Assembly: GCF_011386835.1 (NCBI RefSeq)
Contig: NC_088799.1
Coordinates: forward strand, 22,196,001 to 22,260,000
Length of the DNA: 64,000 nt
Direction: 5' to 3'
Source: Chrysemys picta bellii
Taxonomy: Eukaryota
Positions within the stretch are counted from its first letter, which is position 1. Every line of letters begins with the position of its first letter. The notes beneath the pieces are model-generated. The model was not told where the DNA came from. It did not search any database and was given only the letters and a program-made list of their open reading frames with translations. The position numbers were made by a program, and so were the translations under genes. Below are positions 51,016 through 62,777 of this stretch, one piece after another.

Positions 51016-51069
51016 CTGTGGAATGTTAACATACTCTGAAAGGACTTTTTGCATGCATGCATGCAGCAT
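51016..51069 (-). CDS. Candidate alternative SCHIP1 N-terminal exon MLHACMQKVLSEYVNIPQ (exon about 51016-51088)
   Basis: 18 codons from ATG to CAG|gtaagt (consensus donor, phase 0). Upstream acceptor atctgcag| is preceded by a poly-T tract. I do not recognise the peptide, so this may be a pseudo-exon. Confidence 0.3.
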
Positions 51070-51212
51070 GTCTCCTTATAAAACACTACTGCAGATTTGG
51101 GATGGGAGGTTTGGCATTTAAAAAAAAAAAAAAAAAACAACACCAAGAAAATGTGTGTATAAAATAGATGTTGATTCTTGATCAGGAAAATGTTCGTCCT
51201 TAAAAAGGAACA

Positions 51213-51886
51213 TGCAATGGGGTGTTGCACCCCACACTTGCCCGGAAAGCGTTAATACAGACTGAGAAGGGGGCTAATTAACCCAACACTCCACAGCTGA
51301 GGTGAATCAGGGGGCTGAGTAATCCTGTGACTGAGTGAGAGAGTCCAACTGAGGAGGAAGAGTTGGGCTGGGACTATAAAGACAGGAAATTGGAAGCAGA
51401 GGGGGGCTTACTGGGAAAATCTGTGGTCACCCCTGGGAGAAAGGGAGGTATGTTTGGGCTGGCAAACTCGGGAAGCAAAGGAAGTAGGACAGGGCTCAGG
51501 GAAAGGCAGTCGTGTTTAAGAGGGAACAGACCTTGACTGCTAGCTAGAGGGTTCGTGAGCTGGAACCCAGAATAGAGCGCAGGCTTGGGTTCCCCTGCCA
51601 GCCCCTGAGGGAGTGGCACTACTAGGCAGCAAATGGGAAAACTGCCTAGGACTACTGGTGAGGAAAGATTTTGACACCCCAGAAGGGGAAACAATTTGGT
51701 GATCTGGCTGGAAAGCCAAGTCAGAGAGGGGCAGCAGAAGGTTGTGGAGAGAGAGAAGGGCCTCGGACCCAGAGAGAGAGGCAGAAAATGGTATGCAATC
51801 ACGGGAAGGGGCGTTGACTTCAAGCTACTCCCCAGAACCTCCAGGAGGAGATAACATCCTAGTGGTGAGCGGACAACCCCATCACA
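51213..51886 (+). mobile_element. Solo LTR, 674 bp (Gypsy- or ERV-like)
   Basis: TG...CA ends with inverted termini tgcaatggggt / accccatcaca, a perfect 5-bp TSD gaaca (51208-51212, 51887-51891) and TATAAA at 51375-51380. Confidence 0.8.
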
Positions 51887-53645
51887 GAACAAAATATTTT
51901 ATACATTGCTACTATTTTATTTGTGACAATACACTTGTGCAGGGCTCTCTTACAGAAGGTAATGTCATGAAATTACTTTTGACATTTTCAACATGTCCCC
52001 TTATAAAACACCCATGCATCATAACAAACATTTGATTTCCATGTCCCTGATAAATATGGAGAATGGTACAACAGTCTTTTCAGTTTCATATTACAGTACA
52101 TTTATGCCTCGTATCTCAAAATGCTTTACAATGAAACATTAAAATTATTCTCCAAGTACTGTAAATCTCCAGGGACTTAAATTGTGGCAGTTACTAACTC
52201 TTTCCTGAAGTTATACATAGACCTAGCAATACTTGCTGATCTAACAGTGCAAACTTCTCCCCCTATTTCTGGCTCTATAATCCACTGGCAGCACCCTCCA
52301 TGGTTAGTTCTGAGATTGCAAAAAATGTACCTATTATGCAGTTGCATTATCTGAGCCAATCAATAATTACTTACTCTAGTTCATCTGCCAGGTATTACAG
52401 AGGATAGTGAAATGGCAAGGGAAAACTATGGTTGAATTAGTTTGCAACTTTATTTCTTTGTATCCATAAGAAAAGAGTTCTTTGGATAGTTAACATATTA
52501 ATCAGAAAAAAGGACATAGTAAACACAGGCTTTTTCATGGATCTATATAGAAATTCAATTGCTTTTTTTTTTTGGCACTAATGATAACTAGATGGTGCAG
52601 CCCTCCTGCTCTGCAGCACTATTTCTACCACCTTTGGGAGATGACGAAATGTGTCATGGTTTCCATTCCCATCTAGTAAAAGGCAATTCACCATTTCTGG
52701 CGCACTTACACAAAGGGAGGAGAAGGGAATCTGAAGTTCTATGAAAGCAGGTGTTTGTGGATTAGCTGATACATACCACAATTCATTCAGTCATAGCCTA
52801 TTATTCTACACCATTTCAACTCAACCAGAATTAAACCTCCTCCATCAGCTTCTCCCTGCAGAACTAATACAAAAAGGCATCAAGTGTAAATTAAAACCAA
52901 AAAGCATTTATGGTTCGCTGATAGGCTTTCAGACCTACTTCATACTAGCTGGGCCCATATTTATTGTATTTTCTTTAGCAGAAAGAGCCAAGTCCAAGAA
53001 GTTATAAGACCAAAGTGTCAGATGCACAAGTCTGTACCAACCAGGTGGACTGACCATTCATAACTAGCACAGTAGTTCTGACACATTAAACTTTGGGAGA
53101 AACTACAGAAAGCAGTGGAAAATATTGATTGAAGTAATAGATTTTCCCCCTCAGGATCCCACAACACGCTCTGTGCAGCTTCCTTTTCTCTAGCAGAGCC
53201 TTCTTGAGGAGCTCTGCAGAGGAAGTTAAGAAAACCCTATGACTTTTGATTTAAAGACTGCACAAGATGAATACATCAAAGATAGTGAGGCACTCATACT
53301 ATTGTTATGGAGGCCATATAGTAGCCTATCACCACAACAGTAAATTAGTCCCATGCAATGAAAGCAGTAATTTTTCCACCTCCTACAATAATTGCAATTA
53401 AGTTTCATAGCAGAAAAGTTATTTTAAAAAGTTGTTTATAAATCCACATCTGGATGTGTACACATTGCCTAGGGGGAAAAAAAGTCAGAAGGCCCGTTTA
53501 CAACCCTCCACTTACACTGAATGAACACACACACAATTCTGCAAGGGGTTAAGGTAATAAACCCATCTTTAGCACTAGAAATACTGCTATACCAACTGAA
53601 CGAAATATTTAACCTCATTAGGTGTCCCTTACCCACCGTGCAGGC

Positions 53646-53664
53646 CAGCCACTAGAGGGCGACA
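53646..53664 (+). promoter_or_regulatory. CTCF-binding motif
   Basis: CAGCCACTAGAGGGCGACA matches the CCASYAGRKGGCR core exactly and lies in unique sequence just outside a MITE. Confidence 0.55.
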
Positions 53665-53678
53665 TGATCAGTCACTTA

Positions 53679-54201
53679 CGGTATGTCTACACTGCACTCC
53701 ACTGGCAACAGATACACATTGCAGTGAAATGCAGGCATGCGTCCACGCTGCACTGCATAGCTATACACAGCAATGAAAGATTCTGGCAGTGGGGAGGCAA
53801 CCAGGAAAGACTGTGGAAGCGGGAAACTGCTGGAGCCCTTTCATAGAATCATCATAGAATATCAGGGTTGGAAGGGACCTCAGGAGGTCATCTAGTCCAA
53901 CCCCTGCTCAAAGCAGACCAATTCCCAACCATCATACCAGCCAGGGCTTTGTCAAGCCTGACCTTAAAAACCTCTAAGGAAGGAGATTCCATCACCTCCC
54001 TAGGTAACCCATTCCAGTGCTTCACCACCATCCTAGTGAAAAAGTTTTTCCTAATATCCAACCTAACCTCCCCCACTGCAACTTGAGACTATTACTCCTT
54101 GTTCGGTCATCTGGTCATTCAGGTAGTTGAAAGCAGCTATCAAATCCCCCCTCATTCTTCTCTTCTGCAGACTTTCCTGCTGCTGGAGACATGTAGTACC
54201 C
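53679..54201. mobile_element. Harbinger-type MITE split by a CR1 insertion
   Basis: Left end tta|cggtatgtctacact and degraded right end atgtagtaccc|tta. Confidence 0.6.
53843..54171 (-). mobile_element. Young CR1 3' fragment inserted into the Harbinger MITE
   Basis: Nearly identical to 22800-23165 apart from a small internal deletion. Flanked by ctttc (53838-53842, 54172-54176). Confidence 0.9.
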
Positions 54202-54324
54202 TTAACTTAGTCAAAGCTTTGTTGAATGACTTACAAAACCACCATTATCTTCTCTCAAAGAAAGAACTGAACTGCTGCATTTGCACTATCATTTACTTGA
54301 ACAAAAACATGGGACAGTACTTAC

Positions 54325-54379
54325 CAATGATTTGCACAATTCCTAGAGAAAGTTGATAAGGTAAACAGAGGTCTCAAAG
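54325..54379 (-). other. Candidate 55-nt non-coding or cassette exon
   Basis: tttatttcattttgcag|CTTTGAG...AATCATTG|gtaagt. Good splice signals only; no ATG. Confidence 0.2.
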
Positions 54380-55951
54380 CTGCAAAATGAAATAAATGGC
54401 ACCTTACATTTAGCAAATGTGAATGTAAACTATGGGGGGTGGGGACAGAAGTGGTGAAGACAAACACCCCCTTAAAAATTATACTACATGTTTTGAAGGG
54501 TCCCCACTTTTCTAAAACTTGAGCTGCACTTATGCTAAAAATCTAAGCTACTATGGTGGGTGTCCCACCAGTATCCAAATCAGGAAGCTAGATACGTTAT
54601 TACCAGTGATACTTAGTGTATCTGCTTTTCTTCATCGGTTCATTCTTGGAAAGAGGTACACTACCAAAATTGAAAAAGATTCTTGTTCTCTAAAGTACTA
54701 CCTAGGAAAGAAATCTTCTCAATTCCATACTCTACCTGCCAAGGCTGCTGGAACAATTTTTATAGTGGGGTTGCTGAGAGCCATCACATCAAACTAGACC
54801 CTGTATATAATGGAATCCAATTCAAGGTGAGGGGTGCAGTAGCACCCCTAGTTCCAGCACCTATGCTACCTGCTCACAAGAATGGAGTAAGCAGGTAGAA
54901 CGAACAGAGCGAGCTGCTGTACTTGACATGGCAGTAACAGGGTTCTTTCCAGCTGAGGGGCTAGGATCACAAGACTACTGCAGCCCTCATTTAGTGCTCT
55001 TAAGAAAACATTTGAAAACTTAAATAGACAACTTTTTCCTAAATGAAGCACTGTATAATTACACCAGATATTCTGAAATATTTTAAGCTGGCTCTTCTTG
55101 TGTTTGACTGTATAACATTTTCATTCTTGCTATCAAGTACACTCAATGGATCCAACATAGTAACAAACCCAGGGCTCTTAATTTGAAGAAATTTTTAGCT
55201 GACCAAATCCCCTTCTCTCAGCTCCGTTTGTTTGTGTAAGGGTCTAAATTTACTCTGCATTACGGTGAAGTTTTCCACATGATCTTTACTGATTTTTTTC
55301 CTTCTACCAAAAATAGTGCTGGAGGTGGAAATTTTTCAATTTTCACGACAGGGTGGGTTTAAGATTCAGTCCATGATGACAGGGATAAATTATTTTCCAG
55401 ACTTTATCCTCTAGCAGTTTCTCATGGCTTCCAGGGGTCGGTCTGTATGTCAAGTGCCCTGGGGACCTGGCTTTCAAATTCAGCGCAGCCAAAGTCTGTA
55501 GCGTTTGGGGCTGAGGGTATCCATACCAACTCTGTCCCTTCTCAGCAAGAAAGACTGCCCTCTGCTGTGTCTTGCAGGAAGCTTCCTGCTGCTCTCTAGG
55601 AAAGGCAGAGAGCAGGCGCAGCAGGGCTAGTAGGAGGCAGCTCTAGACCTGCTTCTTTCCTCCACTCCTGAAATGGTTGGAGAGAAGAGAACAGTATGCT
55701 GAATTGCATATGTAGGGGGAGTGGTAGAGGAAGATGAATTAGAGAACAGTGTGTTGTGGTGCAAGGGAGAGAAAGCTAAAGCAGGGAAAGAGGAGGACAA
55801 AAGATTGCCCTGGAGATGGGGAGAAAAATGGCGTGGGGTGGAATTACATGAATCCACATAAAACATTTTACTTCCTCTCAGAGTTTAGAGTCTAACCTTC
55901 CTGCCCCCCCTCCAAAAAAAATTATATCTACAAAAGCATAGTTGAGAGATT

Positions 55952-55977
55952 ACACACACACACATACACACACACAC
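55952..55977. repeat. (CA)n microsatellite
   Basis: Visible imperfect CA run. Confidence 0.9.
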
Positions 55978-56729
55978 CCCAGAGCAGGCTAAGTAAGGGC
56001 AGTGGCAGTGCAAGCGTCCCCACATTGCCCTGGCTATGTGCCTTAATCTGAACCTAGAGGAACCTGAGTGAGGAGTTCATGCTGTTAGTGTACAGTCTAT
56101 TCATTCCTTGAACCCTGTGAGAAGACTGCAACAAGAGATGCCAATTGCTTCCAAGTGAGGGGATCATCTTTGTGATACAGACAATTCAGAAAAATAGAAA
56201 CTGAATATTTAGAGTCAGTACAACAGATGAAGGAATCCTAGTTTATTAATGCCAGAATTCCACAGAGAATATACGTAAAAGGAATGAAAAGAAGCTTGTA
56301 TCCCATAAAACAAACCAGTATTATGAATTTTATTAACTTAGTTCATTTTCTAATTTCAAGCTACTGCATAAAATGAGCTCACGCTAGTAGATTCACAGAC
56401 TGAAGCCAGACACATAAGTAACATCCTCAGGATCAAGGAAGCTATAGCATGTAAAGCAATTTTAATCACTAGAGGTCCCTGTGACACAGGAACAAAAATA
56501 CAATACTTGGGCAGCTAAAGTAAAGTTTTAAACACAACTTCAATAAATCATAACTTTGAAAATCACTGTTTAAAAGTAATTGTATAAAATCTGTATATTT
56601 CAAATTATCTTCATGTTAATTAGGCATTTTTATACAAAAGTAAAAAAAGTTTCCTTTCTTTACATCTGATTCTACAGAAACACATTAAAGCTGGAGTCAA
56701 AAAACAAAAATACAGCCTGCAAGTGCTTT

Positions 56730-57035
56730 CCTTGACTTCAAAAGGACTAACATGCCTAAAGTTCAGCATGTTGTGGAAGTGACTCAACAACCGGTGCATC
56801 CCCTTGTGGCTGGGCTTGGCCTAACAGGCTCCCTGTCTGGTGCCTGCTATGAACAGCTACTCCAGCCTTGAAGTGGTGTGCTTCTTCCAGCCAGGTCACA
56901 TTCGGTTCCACCCCTTCCAGAGTAACAGAGTCCCACAAGATAATGGTCCAGTGTCCTTACACAAGGTCTTCAACTCTGGGCCCAGAGTTCCTTACACCCC
57001 TTGTTTCAAGGCTTTCAATAATCATTACCCTTTGT
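56730..57035. mobile_element. Possible LTR fragment
   Basis: gctgggcttggcctaacagg...ccagccaggtcac...ttccaccccttcc resembles turtle LTR sequence I recall; no termini resolved. Confidence 0.3.
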
Positions 57036-57036
57036 A

Positions 57037-57625
57037 CCGGGGGGTGCGCCGGGCCGCCGGGGGGTGCGCCGGGGGCCGGCGGTGCTGGGCGGCCGGGGGG
57101 TGCGCCGGGCCGCCGGGGACCGGCGGTGCTGGGCGGCCGGGGGGTGCGCCAGGCCGCCGGGGGCCGGCGGTGCTGGGCCGGGGGCCGGCAGTGCTGGGCG
57201 GCCGGGGGTGCTCGGCCGGGGGCCGGGGACCGGCAGTGCTGGGCGGCCGGGGGGGTGCGCCAGGCCGCCGGGGGTGCTGGGCCGGGGGCCAGCAGTGCTG
57301 GGCGGCCGGGGGTGCTCGGCCGGGGGCCGGGGACCGGCAGTGCTGGGCGGGCCGGGGGTGCTCGGCCGGGGGCCGGGCCCGGGGCCGGCACCCCAGGGCC
57401 CGAGCTGACCCAGGCTGGAAACGCCGGGGGGGCCAGTCTGGGCCGCGCCTCCTCCCCCCCCCCCTTACCTGCTTCAGGCTTCCCGCGAATCAAATGTTCG
57501 CGGGAAGCAGGGGAGGGGGCGGAGACTTTGGGGAAGGGGCAGAGTTGGGCCGGGGGCATGGGCGGGGCTGGGGCCAGGGCCCGTAGAGTGTCCTCCTTTT
57601 GGAGGCACAAAATATGGTAACCCTA
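57037..57625. mobile_element. One-ended hAT-like MITE whose left part is a CpG-rich GC minisatellite
   Basis: The right end aatatggtaacccta resembles that of 28044-29251. 57037-57390 consists of ggccgggg...gtgctgggcggccgggggtg variants. Confidence 0.65.
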
Positions 57626-57781
57626 GTCAAGGTAGCCATAGCCATTTTATGCATGAAACAACTAAGGTCTTTGAACTGTGAATGATATCCTAAACAAAGC
57701 TCTGGCAGAATGATTTTTGTATGCAACCTATAGTTACATACCTCTGACCTATTTGTTTTTTGATGCCGGGGGGGGGGGGGA

Positions 57782-57959
57782 GGGAGGGATAGCTCAGGGG
57801 TTTGAGCGTTGGCCTGCTAAACCCAGGGTTGAGAGTTCAATCCTTGAGGGGGCCATTTAGGGATCTGGGGCAAAAATCTGTCTGGGGATTGGTCCTGCTT
57901 TGAGCAGGGGGTTGGACTAGATGACCTCCTGAGGTCCCTTCCAACCCTGATATTTTATG
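57782..57959 (+). mobile_element. Tortoise PolIII SINE
   Basis: Near-identical to 9265-9442, including the CR1 tail. Confidence 0.9.
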
Positions 57960-58999
57960 TATCAACATGAAATAGCTTTAAACCACATAGATCTCACAGT
58001 TAGATCTGTCAATTTAGATCTGTCATGTTACTTCCCATACCACACTAGATGCAATCAGCATGTATATTATTGTAAAGTCTCTAGAGATCTCAGGAAAGAC
58101 GAGCAACTATAGTAACGACCCTCTTCAATTAAAATACCCCAGCCAAACCACACAACCACCATCCCCAACCCAAAATATACCCATTGTAATGCACCGGCTG
58201 CGTGTGCATGTGCAACCAATGTTGCCCTCTAACAATTGGCCCACAGAGAAGATGAAGAGACATTTCAGTTCAAGTAGCCTATGTTTTTGGAGCAAAAGAA
58301 CCAAAGTTAATTCCCTGGCTTCCAAGCGTGAGTGAGGAATATGGTGATATCAGTTGTCTGCAACACATCAATTCTCTTTTATTTCCCCTCAGGTTTCTGA
58401 GGAGGGAGTGGGTTCAAGGGAGATTCTTTATGGGCAGTCTTATATTAGAAGATATTTTAACAGGACAGGTGCCCTGAGAACAGGATGGGCACTTATAGAT
58501 TATATGAATATGAAGAAATAAATTGCATCACCACCATGAAAGCAAGGTTCTCCTTTTAAAAATAAATAACCAGATAATACCAACATTAACATACACATCC
58601 CAAAACTAAACACACAATAGTAAATATAGTGTTAATTCCATACAAAATACAATAACGTAGAACCAGTAAAGCAGACCTTTACCTGAGGCAGGGTCAGAAA
58701 GAATAATAAGTGAAAGATGAAATTTCTAGAACTACATCAGGAATTTTCATATTTCAGACTCTACAACCAATGGCTAGCATAATCTGAGAGCATAATTCTC
58801 CAAAATTAACAGGTCTCCAGTTGGGAGATTCAACATCTAAAATCTCAGCAACCCACATTGCTCGGGAGTCTAATTAACATGCAGAGTAAAGTCCTATTCA
58901 ACTGAGTAATCTGTCTAAGAATCTGGGCCTTAATTATGTTTAGTCTACATTTTAAGCCTTGGTTTTATCAAAAATGAATGTAAAGATAACTTTCTAAAT

Positions 59000-59974
59000 C
59001 AGGGGTCAGCAACCTTTCAGAAGTGGTGTGCCGAGTCTTCGTTTATTCACTCTAATTTAAGGTTTCGCGTGCTGGTAATACATTTTAACGTTTTTAGAAG
59101 GTCTCTAAGTATATATATTATATAACTAAACTATTGTTGTATGTAAAGTAAACAAGGTTTTTAAAAAGGTTTAAAAAGCTTCATTTAAAATTAAATTAAA
59201 ATGCAGATCTTATCAGTTTAGTGCAGTGGTTCTTAACCTGGGTGCACGCACCCCCTGGAGGTGCAGATGCCCTTTCTGGAGGTGCGAGACTTTTTTTAGA
59301 AGGTAAATCATCGAAAACACAAATTAAGCACAGGCATATAAGTACAACTACTTTGTTTCATCAAACCTATGTATTTATTAACATTATACTTTTTTAATGA
59401 TTACTGTAATATAGAAACAAAGTTTTTAAGTTTTTAAGCAAGTTGTAGTGTAATTTTTGATAAGGGCTGCAGAGTTCTGGGACCAGGCCAGGAGCAGAGC
59501 CCTGGGCTGGCTGCTGGTACCCCAAGCTGGCAGGAGGTCTGAGCAGGGCCGGAGGCCAGGACCCCAGCTGGCAGGGGGCCGGGCAGCTGGAACCCCAGAC
59601 CAGCAGCAAGGTGAGCGGGGCCGGTGGCTGGTATCCCAGGCCGGAAGCAGGCTGAGCGGGGCTGATTGCCAGGATCCCGGCTGGCAAGGGGCCGGTGGCC
59701 AGAACTCCAGACGATCAGCAGGCTGAGCGGGGCCGGAAGCCAGAACCCCAGACTGGCTGTGGGCTGAGTGGCTCAACCCGCTGCTGGTCTGGGGTTCCAT
59801 CCGCCAGCTCCTGCCAGCTGGGGTCCCGGCCGCCAGCCCCGCTCAGCCTGCTGCCGGCCGGGGTTTCCGTTCACCCAGGCCGCAGCTGGCTGAGCAAGGC
59901 CGGCAGCCGGGACCCCGGCTGGAAGCAGCATGCCAGTAAAAATTGGCACGCGTGCTGCAGGTTGCCAACCCCTG
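59000..59974. mobile_element. Composite hAT MITE (family A long form carrying a second hAT left end)
   Basis: TIRs caggggtcagcaacct / aggttgccaacccctg, perfect TSD ttctaaat (58992-58999, 59975-59982) and an internal cagtggttcttaacct near 59225. Confidence 0.9.
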
Positions 59975-61385
59975 TTCTAAATTCTCAATCCCTGTGATTG
60001 AATTTATTCAGTAAAATCATAACACACACAACTTTTTTATTCAGATTCCTCAGATGCTGGCTTTTCTTTAATGGGAGTGGCAGAAAGCATGGCATAACCA
60101 GGTCCTACAGAAATCAGCCAGCAGATCATATTTTACTTACGTTTGTTTAAGTCTCACATTTTGAAACTGACATCAAATAGTTATGTCAGCAATATTATTC
60201 ATAACAAAATACAGCAATAAAAAAATGTTTCACTAATCATTTCTGAAACCATCGACAGGCTGTGTTCTCAGAGTTGGAAAAATTCCTAATATGAACATAA
60301 GATTCTCATGTTGATAAAACTATTTGAAATCACTGTGGGAGAGTGTAATTTTTGAAAGGGAGGGCCCACTAAGCAATAGGATGTAAAAAGCGAATAACAG
60401 GAAAATCAAGGGTGGGTCTCAAGTGAGCTTTATTAGTCATGGAAGGACAGAGAACACTCACTGGCTGTTCATATTGTGACAAACAGCACCATGGAAAAGC
60501 AAGAGAGAGTATCTCATGTCTTAAATCGGAGTTCTCTCCCTTCTCACTTGTTGGATAAGACTTTTTTCCTCTTAATATAAAACTCCAAAATGCTGGAAAT
60601 GTCTTCACTTTTTCATTACCAAGATCGCACTTTTTAGCACAGTTTTACATGCATTATTAAATGCCATTAATATCAAAGCTGATTCAGTTATTTGTGTCTG
60701 CTTCAATGAGAATAAAACGGCTTAAAAGTTATGTGGTAGAGTTGTTGATCATAAAGCCCATTCCACTCAGAACCAAATTTTGGGTCAAATTCAGTCCTCA
60801 GTTATCCTTATGTGAAGTCAACGTTTATTATTACTATTTACAAAAGGGCAACATTTGTTTTCACAAACTTGGAAGGATATGGAGAAAGAGAGGTGAGGTG
60901 AAATGGCCAAGATTTAAAGATAAAGTATCAGACATTACCCAGTATAGATCAATAATAGTTTAATAATTATTAGTTTCACACACTACTCAATTCTTCATGA
61001 GGTCAAAATACAAATATTTGCCCACATGCTAGGAGGTATCTTCTGTCAAAATGACTGCAACCCACTAAGGCTAGAACATAACAAAAATGAATGCTATGTT
61101 TGACATTTCAAACTAGTGTTTCAATATAAAGCCCATACAGAGTATAATGCTCAGATTTCATTAAAGATTTCAGTGCATTTTACACTGGCAACAGAATGAT
61201 TAAATAGGATAATCAAGGCTTTAAATCCACAAACATTCTTAAAAACCAATTCAGAGATCAAACACCACAAGGAGGGGCAACAAAAGCTAGGAAGTTCTAC
61301 TGCAAATACAAATACTGGACTACAACATGGGGGGGGGGGGAGGGGGAAAGCTGCTTTACAAACTGCATTACAAAAACATTTCAAC

Positions 61386-61449
61386 CCTGATACGATTTTT
61401 ATTTCCACACCCTTGATCCTGATACGATTTTTATTTCCACACCCTTGAT
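61386..61449. repeat. Perfect 32-bp tandem duplication
   Basis: cctgatacgatttttatttccacacccttgat x2. Confidence 0.95.
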
Positions 61450-62111
61450 TCCTTTAATTCAAGTGTCCCAGAATGTGAAATGTATTCACTAACGAAATAT
61501 TTTCATCTCAGCATGGAACATCGGCAGCTCTTCATTATGATTTCCACCCTTTCGGGCAACAGGTGATTTTCATGCTGATTCACCAAACCGGGTCAGAATG
61601 AGACATTTATTTCTTGATAAGAACTATAGACTAATCCTCACCCCTTCAGCTCAAGCCACCAGAAAGGTTCTTCCACAGCTGTTAGAAGCAGTCCACCAAC
61701 TTATTATTAGCATCAAGACAACAACTTGATATATAACCTTAAGAAAATTATATGTCCCGGTCTCCCTTTAGGGAAAATTTCAATATGTACTTTGGTCACT
61801 TCCCAGACTACCAGGGTGAGCTGAATGAAAACAGAAGTTACTAACAGAATGAAAAATTTCTTATGTGATGATTTTCTATCTGTTGCACAGCTTCTATCCT
61901 CATTCATTACTAATGGGAAGTAATGAACAGTGAATCAAATAAGTTTGAGGGAAAGGATAAGCAGAGTTTTAATTATTATAGTAGAATAATAGGCAAGAAT
62001 GCAAGTTTCTCCCAAATCAAGCAAGAGCTTTGTAAACTGAGGAGTTATGTGGGAACCAACCTGGTAGCATCTTCCTACCAAGAGATGCCTCTCAGGAAGA
62101 ATGGAAACTTA

Positions 62112-62383
62112 GGCCTTGGCTACACTTGCGGATTCACAGAGCTGCCGCGGCAGCGCTGTGAAGCGCAAGTGTAGTCGTGCTGCGAGAGCTTTCTCTCGCG
62201 CCGCCTGCGCTGCAAGTACTCCACCTCTCCGAGGGGAACAGCTTACAGCGCTGCGAGCGAGCGTGCAGTGCTGCAGGCGCTGATTACGCTGGCACTTTAC
62301 AGCGCTGCACTCGAGGGTGTGTGTGTGTGTGTGTTTTCACACCCCTGAGCGCAGCGCTGTGAATTGCCAGTGTAGCCAAGGCC
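62112..62383. mobile_element. Harbinger-type MITE
   Basis: Perfect TIR ggccttggctacact / agtgtagccaaggcc, flanks TTA and TAA, internal (TG)n. Confidence 0.85.
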
Positions 62384-62558
62384 TAACTCTGCAATTTTTC
62401 CCCTGATGAGGCTCACCCTGTCCCTTCCCAATGGCCCTGAGAAGTTCCCAGATGACTAGCATGTCAACTGGTGCAGGATTTTAACTTCTTGCCTGCAGCA
62501 ACTTTGTGGCCCTAAGGCCTTGGCATTTTAGATGGAATGAGATAAACTGGGTATAAAT

Positions 62559-62777
62559 CAGGGGTTCTCAAACTGGGGGTTGGGACCCCTCAGGGGAACA
62601 CGAGGTCATTACAAGGGGGGTTGCGAGCTGTCAACCTCTACCCCAAACCCCGCTTGCCTCCAGCCTTTATAATGGTGTTAAATATATTAAAAGGTATGTT
62701 TAATTTATTAGGTGGGGGTCACACTCAGAGGCTTGCGATGTGAAAGGGGTTGCCATAAAAAAGTTTGAGACCCACTG
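62559..62777. mobile_element. hAT MITE
   Basis: Ends caggggttctcaaact / agtttgagacccactg; perfect TSD gtataaat (62551-62558, 62778-62785). Confidence 0.9.

Noticed and set aside
1653-54171. Most CR1 copies are sense to SCHIP1
   Set aside because: Five of seven copies is too few to call an orientation bias.
56840-57620. 217-250 aa Gly/Ala/Pro/Arg-rich ORFs on both strands
   Set aside because: Stop-codon depletion in a GC minisatellite inside a MITE.
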